64,000 nucleotides of DNA from a virus (IMGVR_UViG_3300032038_000015:32001-96000), one strand, 5' to 3'; shown: positions 40,701 to 51,473, numbered from the stretch's first letter. The notes: generated by a model from the letters alone, not told the origin. A program made the numbers and translations.

Positions 40701-43360
40701 AGGCTAAATCTGGTAAGAAATCTGGTGCTGAAAAAAGATACAATAATATTCAAAAAGCTTTGACCGCAAGGGATAATTATTTAGAAGCATCTACAAGCAG
40801 CGAGAATGAAAAGCAAAAGTTGGCTGAATATAGAGAGTCTTTAGCTTCTCTCAGATGGGAAAATGTAACTACAAAGGTTGAAAAGTTAAATAATCAAATT
40901 AGCATTTTAGATACTCGTATGTCTAATGTAAGTGGATATGTTGCAAAAAATAAGGTGTTAAATGAACAATTATCATTGCAGAAAAAGATTGTGGATAAAC
41001 AACAAGAAGCATATAAAGCAAATCAAAAGGATGCTAATTCTTATTATAAGAAAATTTCTGCCAAAAATAAAAAGAATAAAAATTCTGATGGCACAATTAA
41101 GACAACTGGTGTTACAAACAAAAAGCAATTATCTTATATTAAGACATATAACGCTTATTTAAAACAACAGAAAACTAATCTTGTTGAATTAAAACAGGCG
41201 CAAGAGGATTATTATAATACTATTATTAACGCCAAACAAACCGCTGCGGAAAATATTAAAACAGATTATGATAACAGAATATCTTTGGTTGATGCGAAAC
41301 GACAGGAATTAGAAAGTAAAGCATCATTAGCTGAGGCAAATGGACAAGTTGTTTCAGGCTCATATTATAAGTTAATTGCCAATAATTCTAATCAGAAGTT
41401 GAAAATATTAAATGCCGAAAAAGATAAGCTTGAAGCACAAATGCAGGGAGTTAGAAAATATTCTGATTTATGGTACACTTTACAGGCGAATATTATTTCT
41501 GTAGATCAGTCAATTGCAGATGAAACTAAAAATGCTGTTGATAATATCAATAAGCAAGCAGAAGCATTGAAAAATTTGGCTGATGCAAAAAATGATTATC
41601 TGAATTCAACATACGACACTTTGGATTGGATAAATAGTTTTGCCGATGAAGATGATTACTATGATGACGATGGTAATTATACGGATAAGGGTTATGCTGT
41701 AATGCATAATAAGCTTGCTCAAATTGAGATAAAGAAACAAGAAAGTGAAAATTATGAGAAATCCATAAGTGATTTAGATAAATTATACTATTCAAAAAAT
41801 AGTAAATTATCTGAAGCAGAATGGTTAAAACAGCGTAATGAATTAAATAAGAGTTATCAGCAGACACAAACTGATATTTACAATCAGGAAAAAGAATTAG
41901 CTGATATTAGAAATAAACAACTTGAACAACAGTCTGATAAGCTTAAAGACATCATAGACTTGAAGAAAAAGAGTTTGGATGCTGATAAATCTGAATATGA
42001 CTATCAAAAGAGTGTTGCTGAAAAGACAAAGAATATTGCCAACTTGCAAAAACAACTTGCTATGTTAGAAGGAAACAATAGTGAGGAAGCTATGGCTGAA
42101 CGTCAGAAATTACAAAAAGAATTATCTGATGCAAAGGATGATTTAAAGGATACTCAATATGATAAATATCTAGACCGACTTGAAGATGCTTTTTCTGATT
42201 TAGAAGACAGATTCGATAAGCTTATTGAAGAAATGAAAAAGGAAGATGTGTCAACTACTACTGAAAATATTAAGACAGATGTTGAGGATAATAATTCTAG
42301 TCGTGCTGAAAGTGGTAATAAGGAAATATTAGGTGAGAACGGATTACAGGTATTTGACAAGACAGCCAATTCTCTTATTACAGCAGGAACAAACATTGAG
42401 ACAAAGGTAGATGATGTTAATACAAAATTAGATAAAATTGTAGAAGCTGTAATCAAAGATAGTAAAGAGGATGTTGGAAACGGCAACGGTACTGTAAAAA
42501 CTACAACTGATTTAGATAAAGTTCTTGGTAAATATGATGCGAAAAACAAATCACAAGACACAAAAGGTAAAAGTTCTATTACTAAATATTTAGCGAGCCA
42601 AGGTTATAAAACAAAGAGTTATGAAGGAATGTTGGATTTAGTTAATGGTATTCTAAATTCTGATTATGTTAGTGGTATGAATGGCGATGATCGTACTGCA
42701 CTGAGCAAAATTACAACAAAAGACCAACTTGACGGAAATAAGGATAAGAATGCTACTGCAAACAAAGACCTGATTACAAAATCCTTAAAATATGTTAAAG
42801 CAAATGAATTCATATCTAAAAACGCTATTGTTGGTAAGAAAAAGAGAGATGAATATAGTAAGGCAAACAGACACATATATGATAAGACTGGTGGTAAGAT
42901 ATTAAGTGAGAAGAATTTAAAGAAGCTTGCAGGTATTTTAAATGTATCTTATGATTCCAAGAAAATATATGATGCTTTGAAAGCTTGTGGATACTCTCAA
43001 GGTGGTATTGTAGGAAAGGCTATTCGTGTAAATGGAGACGATGGTATAGCAACTCTTAAAACGGGTGAAGCTGTATTGACTCCTGCACAAACAGATGCTT
43101 TAGTCGCATTGAGAAAGAATTTAGTACCATTAAATAATTTCATGAGTGCAATTAAAACAAATGTTCCAAATATACAAAGAGCTACTACTGCTACTACCAC
43201 TATTGGTGACGTTAGTTTTGAGTTTAACTTGCCTAATGTTGTGGATAGTGAAACTCTTATTAAAACAATTCAAAGGGACACGAGAGTGCAGAAAACATTG
43301 CAAAATGCTACCGTAGGTCAGTTGAATGGTTCTAGTAGATTTAAAGTAAACAGATTATAA
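37790..43360 (+). CDS. tape measure protein, exon 3 (1856 aa)
   Basis: Long coiled-coil; C-terminal YSQGGIV..LKTGEAVLT is typical of TMP C-termini; followed by Dit. Confidence 0.85.
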   Translation: MFKTITDELGNTKLSINNRFKGLFSGDFFKKKSILSDDDISAIQAYNAEINRGVTSQTAFYRTMQNASVEAQNMAASANGMVVNLEQIPKVSKAGQVALRGLAMAGNIVAEILVGFVISKAVEGLDNYIHRVENAKNALDEFNSSVKEQQKDISSQESWISENGKQFEELSKGVDKYGHNISLTSDEFSEYKNLTSQIAEMFPTMITGYNEQGRAILKNKGSIEELTKAYQENQDAYYANIRSKSTKTFEDYKTETKGDVKKKNTIEELMSGNLSSRSIRNILGKEEGQLIDIDNNKGISSAEIQNALGKDLYNKLYEELKKMPIGKFDASFEDLSPELQQKIKDIYSKLNDTIDTESEKVRPILQAYLQGDTSGYDELDAEAQTAVQSFIQNVDNSFFENFKTDNDMETWIRQNVVEPLKNGVNSDELAVKIQTLFSLDQKDYKSYQDYVNAVLAIINSLSKMKDKNGNVIYNDKQINTMKTQFGVGDVDSDGNVSGNKYISSVQDKFKNVKGAKDYITGLNKEELDTVMHYKLEPDKDTSVKDLKDFIKNELQPEANKKEEKVKFSVAFNDGDFKDVKEKLLELAKAGQLTPYTISSTKEYNALLEDTGLSAEKAYKKIMKIAQSDMSEADWKTTLTNARSQIAEIKNLKKELKKNGESSDFMDTILEKFPQLIGYLGDQKGMQEQLNELQKEQEDVANNAYMHMVENSESYYSTLKRKEAERLKTTSNTINKIVNGNAGLVKALGGYYKVDLSNYASIAKAKATLEKNLITNLASAWSKFYKVQVNAQTGLAEVHNDSKTVPSEYLEKANGDYGKAVSMMVKEQNKQKNSALKAAKAYNEAIKGFNSIIKNPGVSTNVSSSGGNNKSKKAKATYQKFSQTIDWCAQTLKKLSAQIDNVQAKLNNTSALSKQISYYKKLVKSQNELAQSYEKTENKYNKVYKNALKKLSKSDQKKVRDGSYTIEHFKGKAKSGKKSGAEKRYNNIQKALTARDNYLEASTSSENEKQKLAEYRESLASLRWENVTTKVEKLNNQISILDTRMSNVSGYVAKNKVLNEQLSLQKKIVDKQQEAYKANQKDANSYYKKISAKNKKNKNSDGTIKTTGVTNKKQLSYIKTYNAYLKQQKTNLVELKQAQEDYYNTIINAKQTAAENIKTDYDNRISLVDAKRQELESKASLAEANGQVVSGSYYKLIANNSNQKLKILNAEKDKLEAQMQGVRKYSDLWYTLQANIISVDQSIADETKNAVDNINKQAEALKNLADAKNDYLNSTYDTLDWINSFADEDDYYDDDGNYTDKGYAVMHNKLAQIEIKKQESENYEKSISDLDKLYYSKNSKLSEAEWLKQRNELNKSYQQTQTDIYNQEKELADIRNKQLEQQSDKLKDIIDLKKKSLDADKSEYDYQKSVAEKTKNIANLQKQLAMLEGNNSEEAMAERQKLQKELSDAKDDLKDTQYDKYLDRLEDAFSDLEDRFDKLIEEMKKEDVSTTTENIKTDVEDNNSSRAESGNKEILGENGLQVFDKTANSLITAGTNIETKVDDVNTKLDKIVEAVIKDSKEDVGNGNGTVKTTTDLDKVLGKYDAKNKSQDTKGKSSITKYLASQGYKTKSYEGMLDLVNGILNSDYVSGMNGDDRTALSKITTKDQLDGNKDKNATANKDLITKSLKYVKANEFISKNAIVGKKKRDEYSKANRHIYDKTGGKILSEKNLKKLAGILNVSYDSKKIYDALKACGYSQGGIVGKAIRVNGDDGIATLKTGEAVLTPAQTDALVALRKNLVPLNNFMSAIKTNVPNIQRATTATTTIGDVSFEFNLPNVVDSETLIKTIQRDTRVQKTLQNATVGQLNGSSRFKVNRL

Positions 43361-43373
43361 AAATATATAAGGC

Positions 43374-43655
43374 GTGTGGACAAAACCATACGTCTTATTT
43401 TTGTATAAGGATGTGAACAATTTGAAGAAAAGTGAAAAGATTGAAATATTAGAAAAAGAAAATGAAAGGCTTCAAAGTGAGTTGGATGAAGCAAAAAAAT
43501 ATTCACAAAAAATTGAAAGTTTATATGAAGAATTGAAAGAAAATTCTGATTCAGTGCGTGAATGTAAGGAAAGGTATAAACAGCTTATTCGTGAAGTTGA
43601 AGATATTAAAAAGAAATTAGTACAAGACATATTAGATAGAGGCATTCAGTTGTAA
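43374..43655 (+). CDS. coiled-coil hypothetical protein (start probably TTG 43422)
   Basis: ORF track. Confidence 0.55.
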   Translation: MWTKPYVLFLYKDVNNLKKSEKIEILEKENERLQSELDEAKKYSQKIESLYEELKENSDSVRECKERYKQLIREVEDIKKKLVQDILDRGIQL

Positions 43656-43697
43656 AAGGCTGAGTGCTTATTTTTTTAGAAAGGAATGTGAGATGGA

Positions 43698-44495
43698 ATG
43701 GTTATAAATGCTACAGATTTTGAATTTTGTGGTGAAAAGTTATCTGAAAAAGGATACATAATTGCCACTATTGAGAATAATAGCACAGAAACAATAACAG
43801 GGAACAACATAGAAATACTGTCAAATAGAAATCCATCTTCTATAAAAGATATTCAATATGGAATTAAATATGGAGATGCATTGGAAATAAAGTTACAAAT
43901 CTTTAAATTTAACTGTAGCACTCAGGATACATCTCCAATTTCTTTTGTAGAGGAAGAAACAATTAAAAGATGGTTGGTAAGACCAACATACAATTATATA
44001 AATTTTAATAATGACACAGATTTATATTTCAATGTTGCGATTACAGTAAACAACATAACAATCGGTGATGATTTGGTAGGGTTTGACATAACGATGAAAA
44101 ACGATAGTGCTTTTGGATATTCTAGTTTACGAAAAACTATCATTGAACCAAAAGAGGAATTAACGAATATATTAGACAATTCTAGTCTTGTTGGACGTAT
44201 ATATCCAAAATTTACAATTCAAATAACCGATACTAACGAATTTCAGTTTTTAAACACAAGTACAGGCGAAAGAATGAGAATAAATAATTGCACTGCTAAT
44301 GAGAAGATAACTGTAGATTGTGAGAACAAAATAATCACTACGAGTTACACAAATCATCAAGCAACATTGGCAAAGGATTTCAATTATGTATATCCTACTT
44401 TGGCTAATGATTATACAAGTAGGGACAACTATGTGAGGGCTATTCACGGAGAAGTAACTTTAGAATACAGATTTAGAAGGATGGTGTCAGTTTAA
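43698..44495 (+). CDS. distal tail protein (Dit)-like
   Basis: DFEFCGEKLS, IKRWL, EKITVD; position after TMP. Confidence 0.75.
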   Translation: MVINATDFEFCGEKLSEKGYIIATIENNSTETITGNNIEILSNRNPSSIKDIQYGIKYGDALEIKLQIFKFNCSTQDTSPISFVEEETIKRWLVRPTYNYINFNNDTDLYFNVAITVNNITIGDDLVGFDITMKNDSAFGYSSLRKTIIEPKEELTNILDNSSLVGRIYPKFTIQITDTNEFQFLNTSTGERMRINNCTANEKITVDCENKIITTSYTNHQATLAKDFNYVYPTLANDYTSRDNYVRAIHGEVTLEYRFRRMVSV

Positions 44496-47400
44496 ATGAA
44501 AAATAATTTTGACAATTTTACAAATACTATTACTCAACCAGATATATTCTTATGTCATAGAAATTATGATGTCATTTGTCCTTTGACACCAATTACAGAT
44601 TTAAAAATATATGAAGCCGCAAATAGCTATGATGAGATTACCTTTTCATTTAATAAAGTGAACAATGGTGTTGAGTTTGAATATTGGGATAAATTAAAAT
44701 CCTTGAAAGTTGTAAAGGTAAAGAATGCAGATGAAGAAAAATATTTTGAAATTGCTGTTGATGTTTCAGATGAAGAAAGCACTGTAAAAAATATTACAGG
44801 TATTTCAATGGAGGGCGAATTGGCACAAATCTCTATAGGTACACTTTCTGTAAATGGTGAAACGGATAGAGATAATGATAGTAATTGGGAAAATAATACA
44901 TATATTTCTACAGTTGTATATAAAGCAAGCGATACAAAACACAGTTTATTACATAGAATTTTAAGTTATGCTCCACATTGGAAAATTGGACACGTAGATA
45001 GCCACGTAACAGATTCAAACACAAATCAATTAGTTGAGACTTCTAGCGTTGTTAGAACTTTTGAATTTTCGAATACAAATGTATATGATGCATTACAGGA
45101 AGTTGCCAAAGAATTAGATGTTGTGTTTACATTTGATTCAAAAACAAGAAGTGTTAATATGTATGATCTCAATACAGTTGGTGAAGATACTACTGTTTTT
45201 GTGAACAAGGAAAATTTAGCAAATAGCTTTACATGTTCTAGTAATAAAGACAGCATTAAAAACTGTTTTAAGGTAACAGGTGGAGATGATTTAATCAACT
45301 CCTATGTACGTTCTGTAAATCCAAATGGTTCAGAATATATTTATTATATTTCAAAAGATCAGCGTGAGGATATGTCCGATGAACTAGTTGCCAAATTGGA
45401 TGCATATGACACATTATACGAAAGCAAAAAAACAGGATATGAAAATGCCTGTGCAGAAATGTTTGCTGCGATTGATAATATTCAAAAATACACAAACACC
45501 CTTGCGCCTCAAAGAACAGATGCTGATACCACTGCTCTCGATGAATACAATAAATTAAAAAACATTACAAGCGTATATGTTCAGTCTAAGAAAAATTTGT
45601 TGCAAAAAGGTGTAGAAAAGGCAATCCTTACTCTTGCACAGATTACAGTAGATTACAGATATACAGTTACAATTCAGGACGAAGATACTTATGATGAAGT
45701 TAATTCTGTATGGACAGGTAAATTTAAGGTTGTTAATGAAAGCAATAGTGAAGACGTTGTTGTGGGAACAGATGACGTTACTATTTCAATTCTTGAGGAC
45801 GAAAAAACATCTTTGCAAAATCAGATTGACAAGTTGATTGGTGATGGTGATTTTGAAGATGCTACTGTTGATGAATTAAAGGAAAAATATATAGACAAAG
45901 ATCCGAAAGATTATGATTATTGTCAAGAACGATTACAAGAAATGTGGAAAGTTTATGCTGAATGTGCAAACGTTCTACTAGAAAAGGGATATGCAGTTAA
46001 AAAAGATGATAATAAGTTTTATTCATTATATAGTGAATATCATCAAAAAGAACAGATTTTGTCTACAGCTTATTTGAATATGACAAATTATATAGAAAGC
46101 CTTGAAAAGGTAAAGGAAGAAAAGGCAAAGCAAGTAAATGCATATCATAACGAATTGGATTTTGTAAAATATTTGGGTGATAAATTATACAAAGAGTTTT
46201 GCTGTTATCGTAGAGAAGATGTGTATGAAAATAGCAATTACATTTCAGATGGGTTATCTGATAAGGAAGCTATAGAAAAGGCTAAAACACTTGTTGAAGT
46301 GGCTACAAAGGAGTTATATAAAGCGAGTTTATTCCAATACACTTATACCGCTAATCTTAATAATTTATTCAATAATAGCATATTTAAGCCTTTCTGGGAA
46401 CACTTTGCACTCTTTAATTGGATAAGAGCCGAAGTCGATGAAAGAGTGATTTCATTGCGTTTAATTGGCATAACTTACGACTATGCAAATCCAGACAAGA
46501 TTGAAGTTGAGTTTTCGGAACAGGTTAGAAACGCAAACGGAATTACAGATTTGGAGAGTATTCTAAATCAAGCTAAGTCAATGGCTACAAGCTACTCTTC
46601 TACTGCTAAACAAGCCAGCCAAGGTGCTGAAAGCTACTCTGATTTCAAAACATTAAAAGAAGAAGGTCTAAACTCTGCTCTAATGAACATTAAAAACTCT
46701 AACAACGAAGAGGTAACAGTTGATGGGCGTGGAATTAACTGTAGAAGTAAGGACATAAATGATGATTATGACCAATGCCAGCTAAGAATTACAGGAAAAA
46801 ATATTGTCATGACGGATGATGATTGGAATAGTGCTAGACTTGCTATTGGAAGAGGATTGTTTAATGGACAGGAAAAATATGGAGTATGGTGCGACGTTCT
46901 CGTGGGGGATATTGTTGCGTCTGAAACACTAATGATTTCCAATGGCTCGAAAACTTTTATTGTGGACAAAGATGGCATTATTGTAAATAACATGAAGTTA
47001 GATATGTATAGTGCAGATAAAAAACACAGACTTCTAATTGATCCAAATTTAAAATCCATGTTTAATATTTACAACGAGGACAAGCAGGTATTCTTTATTG
47101 ATGCGAATGGCAATGTCACTATGAAGGGGAATCTCTATATAAACAATGGGAACACTTATCTTAAAGCTGATTTGGATGATGAAAACATTATTGAAGTTGG
47201 TTATGGAGAAATTGAGGATACAGGCAATGATGGTGAGATTGACAAACCTGACATAGAATATGTAACACAAGAATGGTATAGAAGCTCCGATGCTTTGAAT
47301 ATGCTGAATTATGCATGGGATAGCGGTGGAAATTATTCAAGCGCAAGTGATTTCGATTATTATAATTATTACAAGAATATGTATTTTGGAAACAACAACG

Positions 47401-50400
47401 TAACAATAAAGAATGGCGTAGTATACATGATACATGATGGTACAATTAGAAAATTTGATAAGGATAAAAATACATGGAATTTTATAGATGAAGTTGACAA
47501 TGACGGAAGTTTTACTCCAATTTTTGTTGAAAATGATAGAGATGATAATTGTTTGTATATTTTTAAGCACAATGGAAGTGCTTTATGTTATTCATTATAT
47601 GCTTATAATTTAGAAAGCAATAAGTTATATGAAATATGGAAAAATCACACTAATTCTACAGCTACCCGTTCTAAAATTTCCTCAGCTATTATAATAAACA
47701 ATACATTCTATACTTTTTCTAATTCAAAAACTACTGATACTGCTCCGATAAAAGTAGCTATCCCTTATTCACAAGATGGTATATACACAGATGTTTCTAC
47801 TGAAGCCGTAAAAAGCAATTATATCAGTAGCACCTATACCCTTAGTAACTTTGTATTTTATAATAATGAGATATATTGTATGAGATTTAATTTTTCATCA
47901 TATATGGCAGATTTGTGTAAGGTTATAGACATAGAAACACAAAAGGTAAAAATTTTAGTAAGTGACATATGTTCAATAAGAAACCCGTATACTGATAGGA
48001 ATTATTGGTATTTTAATAATTTTTCTTGTTTTATACATAAAGAGAAATTATTTATTATACCTTTTGTAAAAAATAAAAATAAAAACTATTATATATATGA
48101 TTTTTCAAAAAACGAAATAATTACAAAAACAAACCTACCTCCTTTAGAGTGTGGAGATTATCACAATAGTAGCAGTTATAGGGTGTCGTTTAATGGATGT
48201 CTTGCATTCTCAGATGGTGAAAATATCCATCTGTATAATGATACTAACGTTTATTTTTACGAAAGTGGAATAAATGAAAATAGATACTGTCTATTTCATT
48301 ATGTTTATAATGAAAATAATAAAGCTTCTGTAGCCAAAAGTTTTAAAGAAGAAACGAATGGTAAAAATTTCATAAATACTCTGCAATGTGGATATATTAC
48401 AATTGGAGATAAAATATATTCATGTAATTCAACAAACTGTTTCAATGTTTATGGTAATACCACAAATAAAATTTTATGTTTAGATACTTCAAAAGAAAAT
48501 GCAGAATGGGAAACTGTCTATGAAAATTCAAGTTCTAAAATCAATTATCTTATTCAATCTAATGCTAAGGATAAGGTTTATTTCTGTTATAACCCACAAA
48601 GTAATCATGATCTTGTTTATTTAGCTTATTATGACGTTAACACAAATAAAATAATGTATTTAAAAGAAGATGGTACATATATTGATGATAAAAGTCAGGC
48701 GTATACACCTAATGATATAAGCTGGTGGGGGGGCTTCGGATATATAGACGATGATGAACAAATGGTATATGGTATATCCAAAGGTTCTTATTATAGAGCA
48801 TATAAAATTGTAAATGGATGCGTGTCTGATAAATTTGTTTACCAAAAACAACTCAACTACAACGTTGTTTCTAACGTAGTTTTCAAGAATAATGCTTTCT
48901 ATTATTTAGCAGAGGTGAATTCAGAACAATACTCATTATATAAATTAGACTTAGACGGTACAGAACAAAAGCTTACAGAAGTTATAGTTGGAAATGATTA
49001 TAATAAAGAGTTTGGTTTTAGTATCTTTTTGTATAATGACAAAATACAAGTATTTCACTCATATCGAGGTGTTTTATCTAAAGATAGATATGTTTATAAT
49101 CTAGTAACTAGTAAACTAGATAAATATTCAGATGTATTTCAAGATTTTGGTTTGTATATTATTGATACATCATATAACATTTCCTCTGGTATCTCATCTG
49201 GTAAGCGTACAATTTTCTTGCCTATGATACCTACGGAAAATAATGGCGTTCACATTTTCGTTGGTTATCCATTTTTTCTTGGTGATGAATATAACAACGG
49301 TGGTTACAAACATTATGTCTATACAGAAAAAACTACTGAACCTGATAATCCAGATTTACCAAACATTCCTAATCCTACAGACAAAATATTCTACATAACA
49401 AATAAGGGTGACGCATATTTGTACGGAAATGTATATGCTAAAGATGGAATATTCAGAGGTGATATATATGCTAGAAGCCTTACATTAGGTTCTGATGTAT
49501 CAATAGATACATCTAAAATTACAGGTCTTGATGATAAATTAAATGACATTAAGAGTGATTTCAATGGTGTCACAGATGATTTAAAAAACGTCGTATACAA
49601 GGGTGACATTGTTACTACGACAGAAAAATTAGATAATGGTGTAATCAAAACAACAAGTCGTGTACCTACTGGCGTTGATGCAGATGGCAATGTAACGTAT
49701 GAGGATAGTGTAACTTATACAAGTGCAGACGGTAACTACGTTTTGACTGATGTTGGTCTGGGTGATAAGGAAAAGGAAAACGGAAGTTATACAATCATTA
49801 GCAAAGATGGGTTACTTGAAGCTTTAAATGCTAAAATTAGTGGTACAGTTTATGCCAACGCAGGTAAATTCGGTGGTTGGGATATTGGTAAAAATGGTCT
49901 AAAATCGGAACTGTTTGATGACGCTTCTAATACGAATGGTATTAGGTTAGATTCAAACGGAGAAATTCGTTCAAAGGGTTCATTGTACTCTTCTCTCGAC
50001 AATGATGGTTCGGAAGGATGGTTTGCTAGGTTACTTAGTGGTAAATGGATATTTGGCTATTATGACAGTACACAATCTGATCCATTTATTCCTCCTTCTG
50101 AAACTCCTTATTCTGATATTTCTGTAAATGGCATTTATATGTGCTCAAAAGAAGCAATCCAAAATAAAGATACACGTTATCTGTTCGAGGTGAACACATT
50201 AAACGATACGGTTAATATTACAAACAGTTCTAAGACAAGCCCAGCTCTTACGATTACAAATAGCTATTATGATAGCGTGGGTGGATATGATGCACCTGCT
50301 TTAGTCCTGCATAGTCCAAAGCAAGGATATAGAAACAGACCTTTGGATGTAAGGTTAAAGGTTACAGGTAAATTACTTGGAACAGATCAAACAGTTAATG

Positions 50401-51032
50401 CACAATATTCTGTCGCATTGTTTGGAGAGGAACAGTTAGGACGTATTATTTTCAGAAGTAATACTTTTGATACTACTTCTTCTCCTGTCGGAAACACTGT
50501 TTCTGACACTTCTTCTAACCCTACCGTACCTAGCATTTTAGGTTCTGATACGTTTAGATGGTATCAAGGATATTTCATGGAATTGTACTCAAAGAATGGT
50601 GTAAATACATCCTCTGATAAAAAGATTAAAAATCATATTGGATATATGAACACAGATAAATCTTTAGAATTCGTAAATGATTTAAAGCCTGTGGAATATA
50701 CCTTAAAGGATAATGCTAACGGAAGGAAACATATGGGATTTTATGCACAGGATGTAAAACAAACTGCCGATAACTTAGAATTAGGTAATATGTCTTTGTA
50801 TTCTGCTGTATGGAATAAGGATGGAAATGAGAAATATTATTCCGCTGAAGCCCCTGACAAGGAGTTGAATTGGAGTTTAAAATACGAGGAATTTATCGCT
50901 CCACTTGTTGGTGCTGTGCAGGAATTAACTAAACGTGACAAAGAAAACAAAGAAAGAATTAGTAAGCTTGAAGATACGGTTCAGGATTTAGTGAGTGAAC
51001 TGAAATCACTGAAAGAACAATTGAATAAATAA
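44496..51032 (+). CDS. giant tail tip/receptor-binding protein with internal beta-propeller-like insert and C-terminal intramolecular chaperone (S74)
   Basis: Tal-like N-terminus; SDKKIKNHI..LKPVEY..GFYAQDV..YEEFIAPLVGAVQEL followed by a coiled coil. Confidence 0.85.
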   Translation: MKNNFDNFTNTITQPDIFLCHRNYDVICPLTPITDLKIYEAANSYDEITFSFNKVNNGVEFEYWDKLKSLKVVKVKNADEEKYFEIAVDVSDEESTVKNITGISMEGELAQISIGTLSVNGETDRDNDSNWENNTYISTVVYKASDTKHSLLHRILSYAPHWKIGHVDSHVTDSNTNQLVETSSVVRTFEFSNTNVYDALQEVAKELDVVFTFDSKTRSVNMYDLNTVGEDTTVFVNKENLANSFTCSSNKDSIKNCFKVTGGDDLINSYVRSVNPNGSEYIYYISKDQREDMSDELVAKLDAYDTLYESKKTGYENACAEMFAAIDNIQKYTNTLAPQRTDADTTALDEYNKLKNITSVYVQSKKNLLQKGVEKAILTLAQITVDYRYTVTIQDEDTYDEVNSVWTGKFKVVNESNSEDVVVGTDDVTISILEDEKTSLQNQIDKLIGDGDFEDATVDELKEKYIDKDPKDYDYCQERLQEMWKVYAECANVLLEKGYAVKKDDNKFYSLYSEYHQKEQILSTAYLNMTNYIESLEKVKEEKAKQVNAYHNELDFVKYLGDKLYKEFCCYRREDVYENSNYISDGLSDKEAIEKAKTLVEVATKELYKASLFQYTYTANLNNLFNNSIFKPFWEHFALFNWIRAEVDERVISLRLIGITYDYANPDKIEVEFSEQVRNANGITDLESILNQAKSMATSYSSTAKQASQGAESYSDFKTLKEEGLNSALMNIKNSNNEEVTVDGRGINCRSKDINDDYDQCQLRITGKNIVMTDDDWNSARLAIGRGLFNGQEKYGVWCDVLVGDIVASETLMISNGSKTFIVDKDGIIVNNMKLDMYSADKKHRLLIDPNLKSMFNIYNEDKQVFFIDANGNVTMKGNLYINNGNTYLKADLDDENIIEVGYGEIEDTGNDGEIDKPDIEYVTQEWYRSSDALNMLNYAWDSGGNYSSASDFDYYNYYKNMYFGNNNVTIKNGVVYMIHDGTIRKFDKDKNTWNFIDEVDNDGSFTPIFVENDRDDNCLYIFKHNGSALCYSLYAYNLESNKLYEIWKNHTNSTATRSKISSAIIINNTFYTFSNSKTTDTAPIKVAIPYSQDGIYTDVSTEAVKSNYISSTYTLSNFVFYNNEIYCMRFNFSSYMADLCKVIDIETQKVKILVSDICSIRNPYTDRNYWYFNNFSCFIHKEKLFIIPFVKNKNKNYYIYDFSKNEIITKTNLPPLECGDYHNSSSYRVSFNGCLAFSDGENIHLYNDTNVYFYESGINENRYCLFHYVYNENNKASVAKSFKEETNGKNFINTLQCGYITIGDKIYSCNSTNCFNVYGNTTNKILCLDTSKENAEWETVYENSSSKINYLIQSNAKDKVYFCYNPQSNHDLVYLAYYDVNTNKIMYLKEDGTYIDDKSQAYTPNDISWWGGFGYIDDDEQMVYGISKGSYYRAYKIVNGCVSDKFVYQKQLNYNVVSNVVFKNNAFYYLAEVNSEQYSLYKLDLDGTEQKLTEVIVGNDYNKEFGFSIFLYNDKIQVFHSYRGVLSKDRYVYNLVTSKLDKYSDVFQDFGLYIIDTSYNISSGISSGKRTIFLPMIPTENNGVHIFVGYPFFLGDEYNNGGYKHYVYTEKTTEPDNPDLPNIPNPTDKIFYITNKGDAYLYGNVYAKDGIFRGDIYARSLTLGSDVSIDTSKITGLDDKLNDIKSDFNGVTDDLKNVVYKGDIVTTTEKLDNGVIKTTSRVPTGVDADGNVTYEDSVTYTSADGNYVLTDVGLGDKEKENGSYTIISKDGLLEALNAKISGTVYANAGKFGGWDIGKNGLKSELFDDASNTNGIRLDSNGEIRSKGSLYSSLDNDGSEGWFARLLSGKWIFGYYDSTQSDPFIPPSETPYSDISVNGIYMCSKEAIQNKDTRYLFEVNTLNDTVNITNSSKTSPALTITNSYYDSVGGYDAPALVLHSPKQGYRNRPLDVRLKVTGKLLGTDQTVNAQYSVALFGEEQLGRIIFRSNTFDTTSSPVGNTVSDTSSNPTVPSILGSDTFRWYQGYFMELYSKNGVNTSSDKKIKNHIGYMNTDKSLEFVNDLKPVEYTLKDNANGRKHMGFYAQDVKQTADNLELGNMSLYSAVWNKDGNEKYYSAEAPDKELNWSLKYEEFIAPLVGAVQELTKRDKENKERISKLEDTVQDLVSELKSLKEQLNK

Positions 51033-51069
51033 ATGTACAAATAACCTAATAAACAATAAAGAATATATT

Positions 51070-51112
51070 ATAGGGATAGTTGAGTTTAATTACTCTTCTA
51101 TCCCTATTTTTT
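51070..51112 (+). terminator. terminator at the convergence of the two genome arms
   Basis: ATAGGGATAG...CTATCCCTAT followed by a T-tract. Confidence 0.75.
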
Positions 51113-51120
51113 ACGATTTT

Positions 51121-51345
51121 TTATTTATTGAGATTATTGAATATATTTACTGTATTTGCTTTATTCTTTTCGAACACATGAATATATCTCTTCCATGTTA
51201 CGTCTGAAGATGAATGCCCCAAAAGTTTAGAGACAGTGTATAAATTTTGCTCATCTTCGTTCACTAACACAGATGCAAATGAATGTCTTAATTCGTGTGA
51301 TGTTACATGTGGTAATCCTGCTCTTCTGCACATGTAATCAAGAGT
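51121..51345 (-). pseudogene. C-terminal remnant of a tyrosine integrase
   Basis: HELRHSFAS, LLGHSS and TWKRY are present; N-terminal domains and the first catalytic R are absent. Confidence 0.85.
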
Positions 51346-51354
51346 TGCAAATGG

Positions 51355-51417
51355 TTTACTACAGTTTACTACAATTTGAATAAATGTTATAAAAACTTAC
51401 TACAATTTTACTACAAT
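51355..51417. repeat. four TTACTACA direct repeats in two tandem pairs (arm-type att sites?)
   Basis: TTTACTACAGTTTACTACAAT and CTTACTACAATTTTACTACAAT between xis and the int remnant. Confidence 0.7.
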
Positions 51418-51473
51418 ATAAAATAAAAGAGATTACCATAAGTAATAATGACTTTATGGCAATCTCTTTCTTA

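Noticed and set aside
32684-43360. TMP split caused by stop-codon reassignment or frameshifting
   Set aside because: The gaps are long structured non-coding inserts with intron pairings. Other genes end normally in TAA/TAG/TGA and no suppressor tRNA was seen.
51355-51417. CRISPR array
   Set aside because: Units are 8-10 bp with no spacers. No repeat-spacer array or cas gene was seen anywhere in the window.
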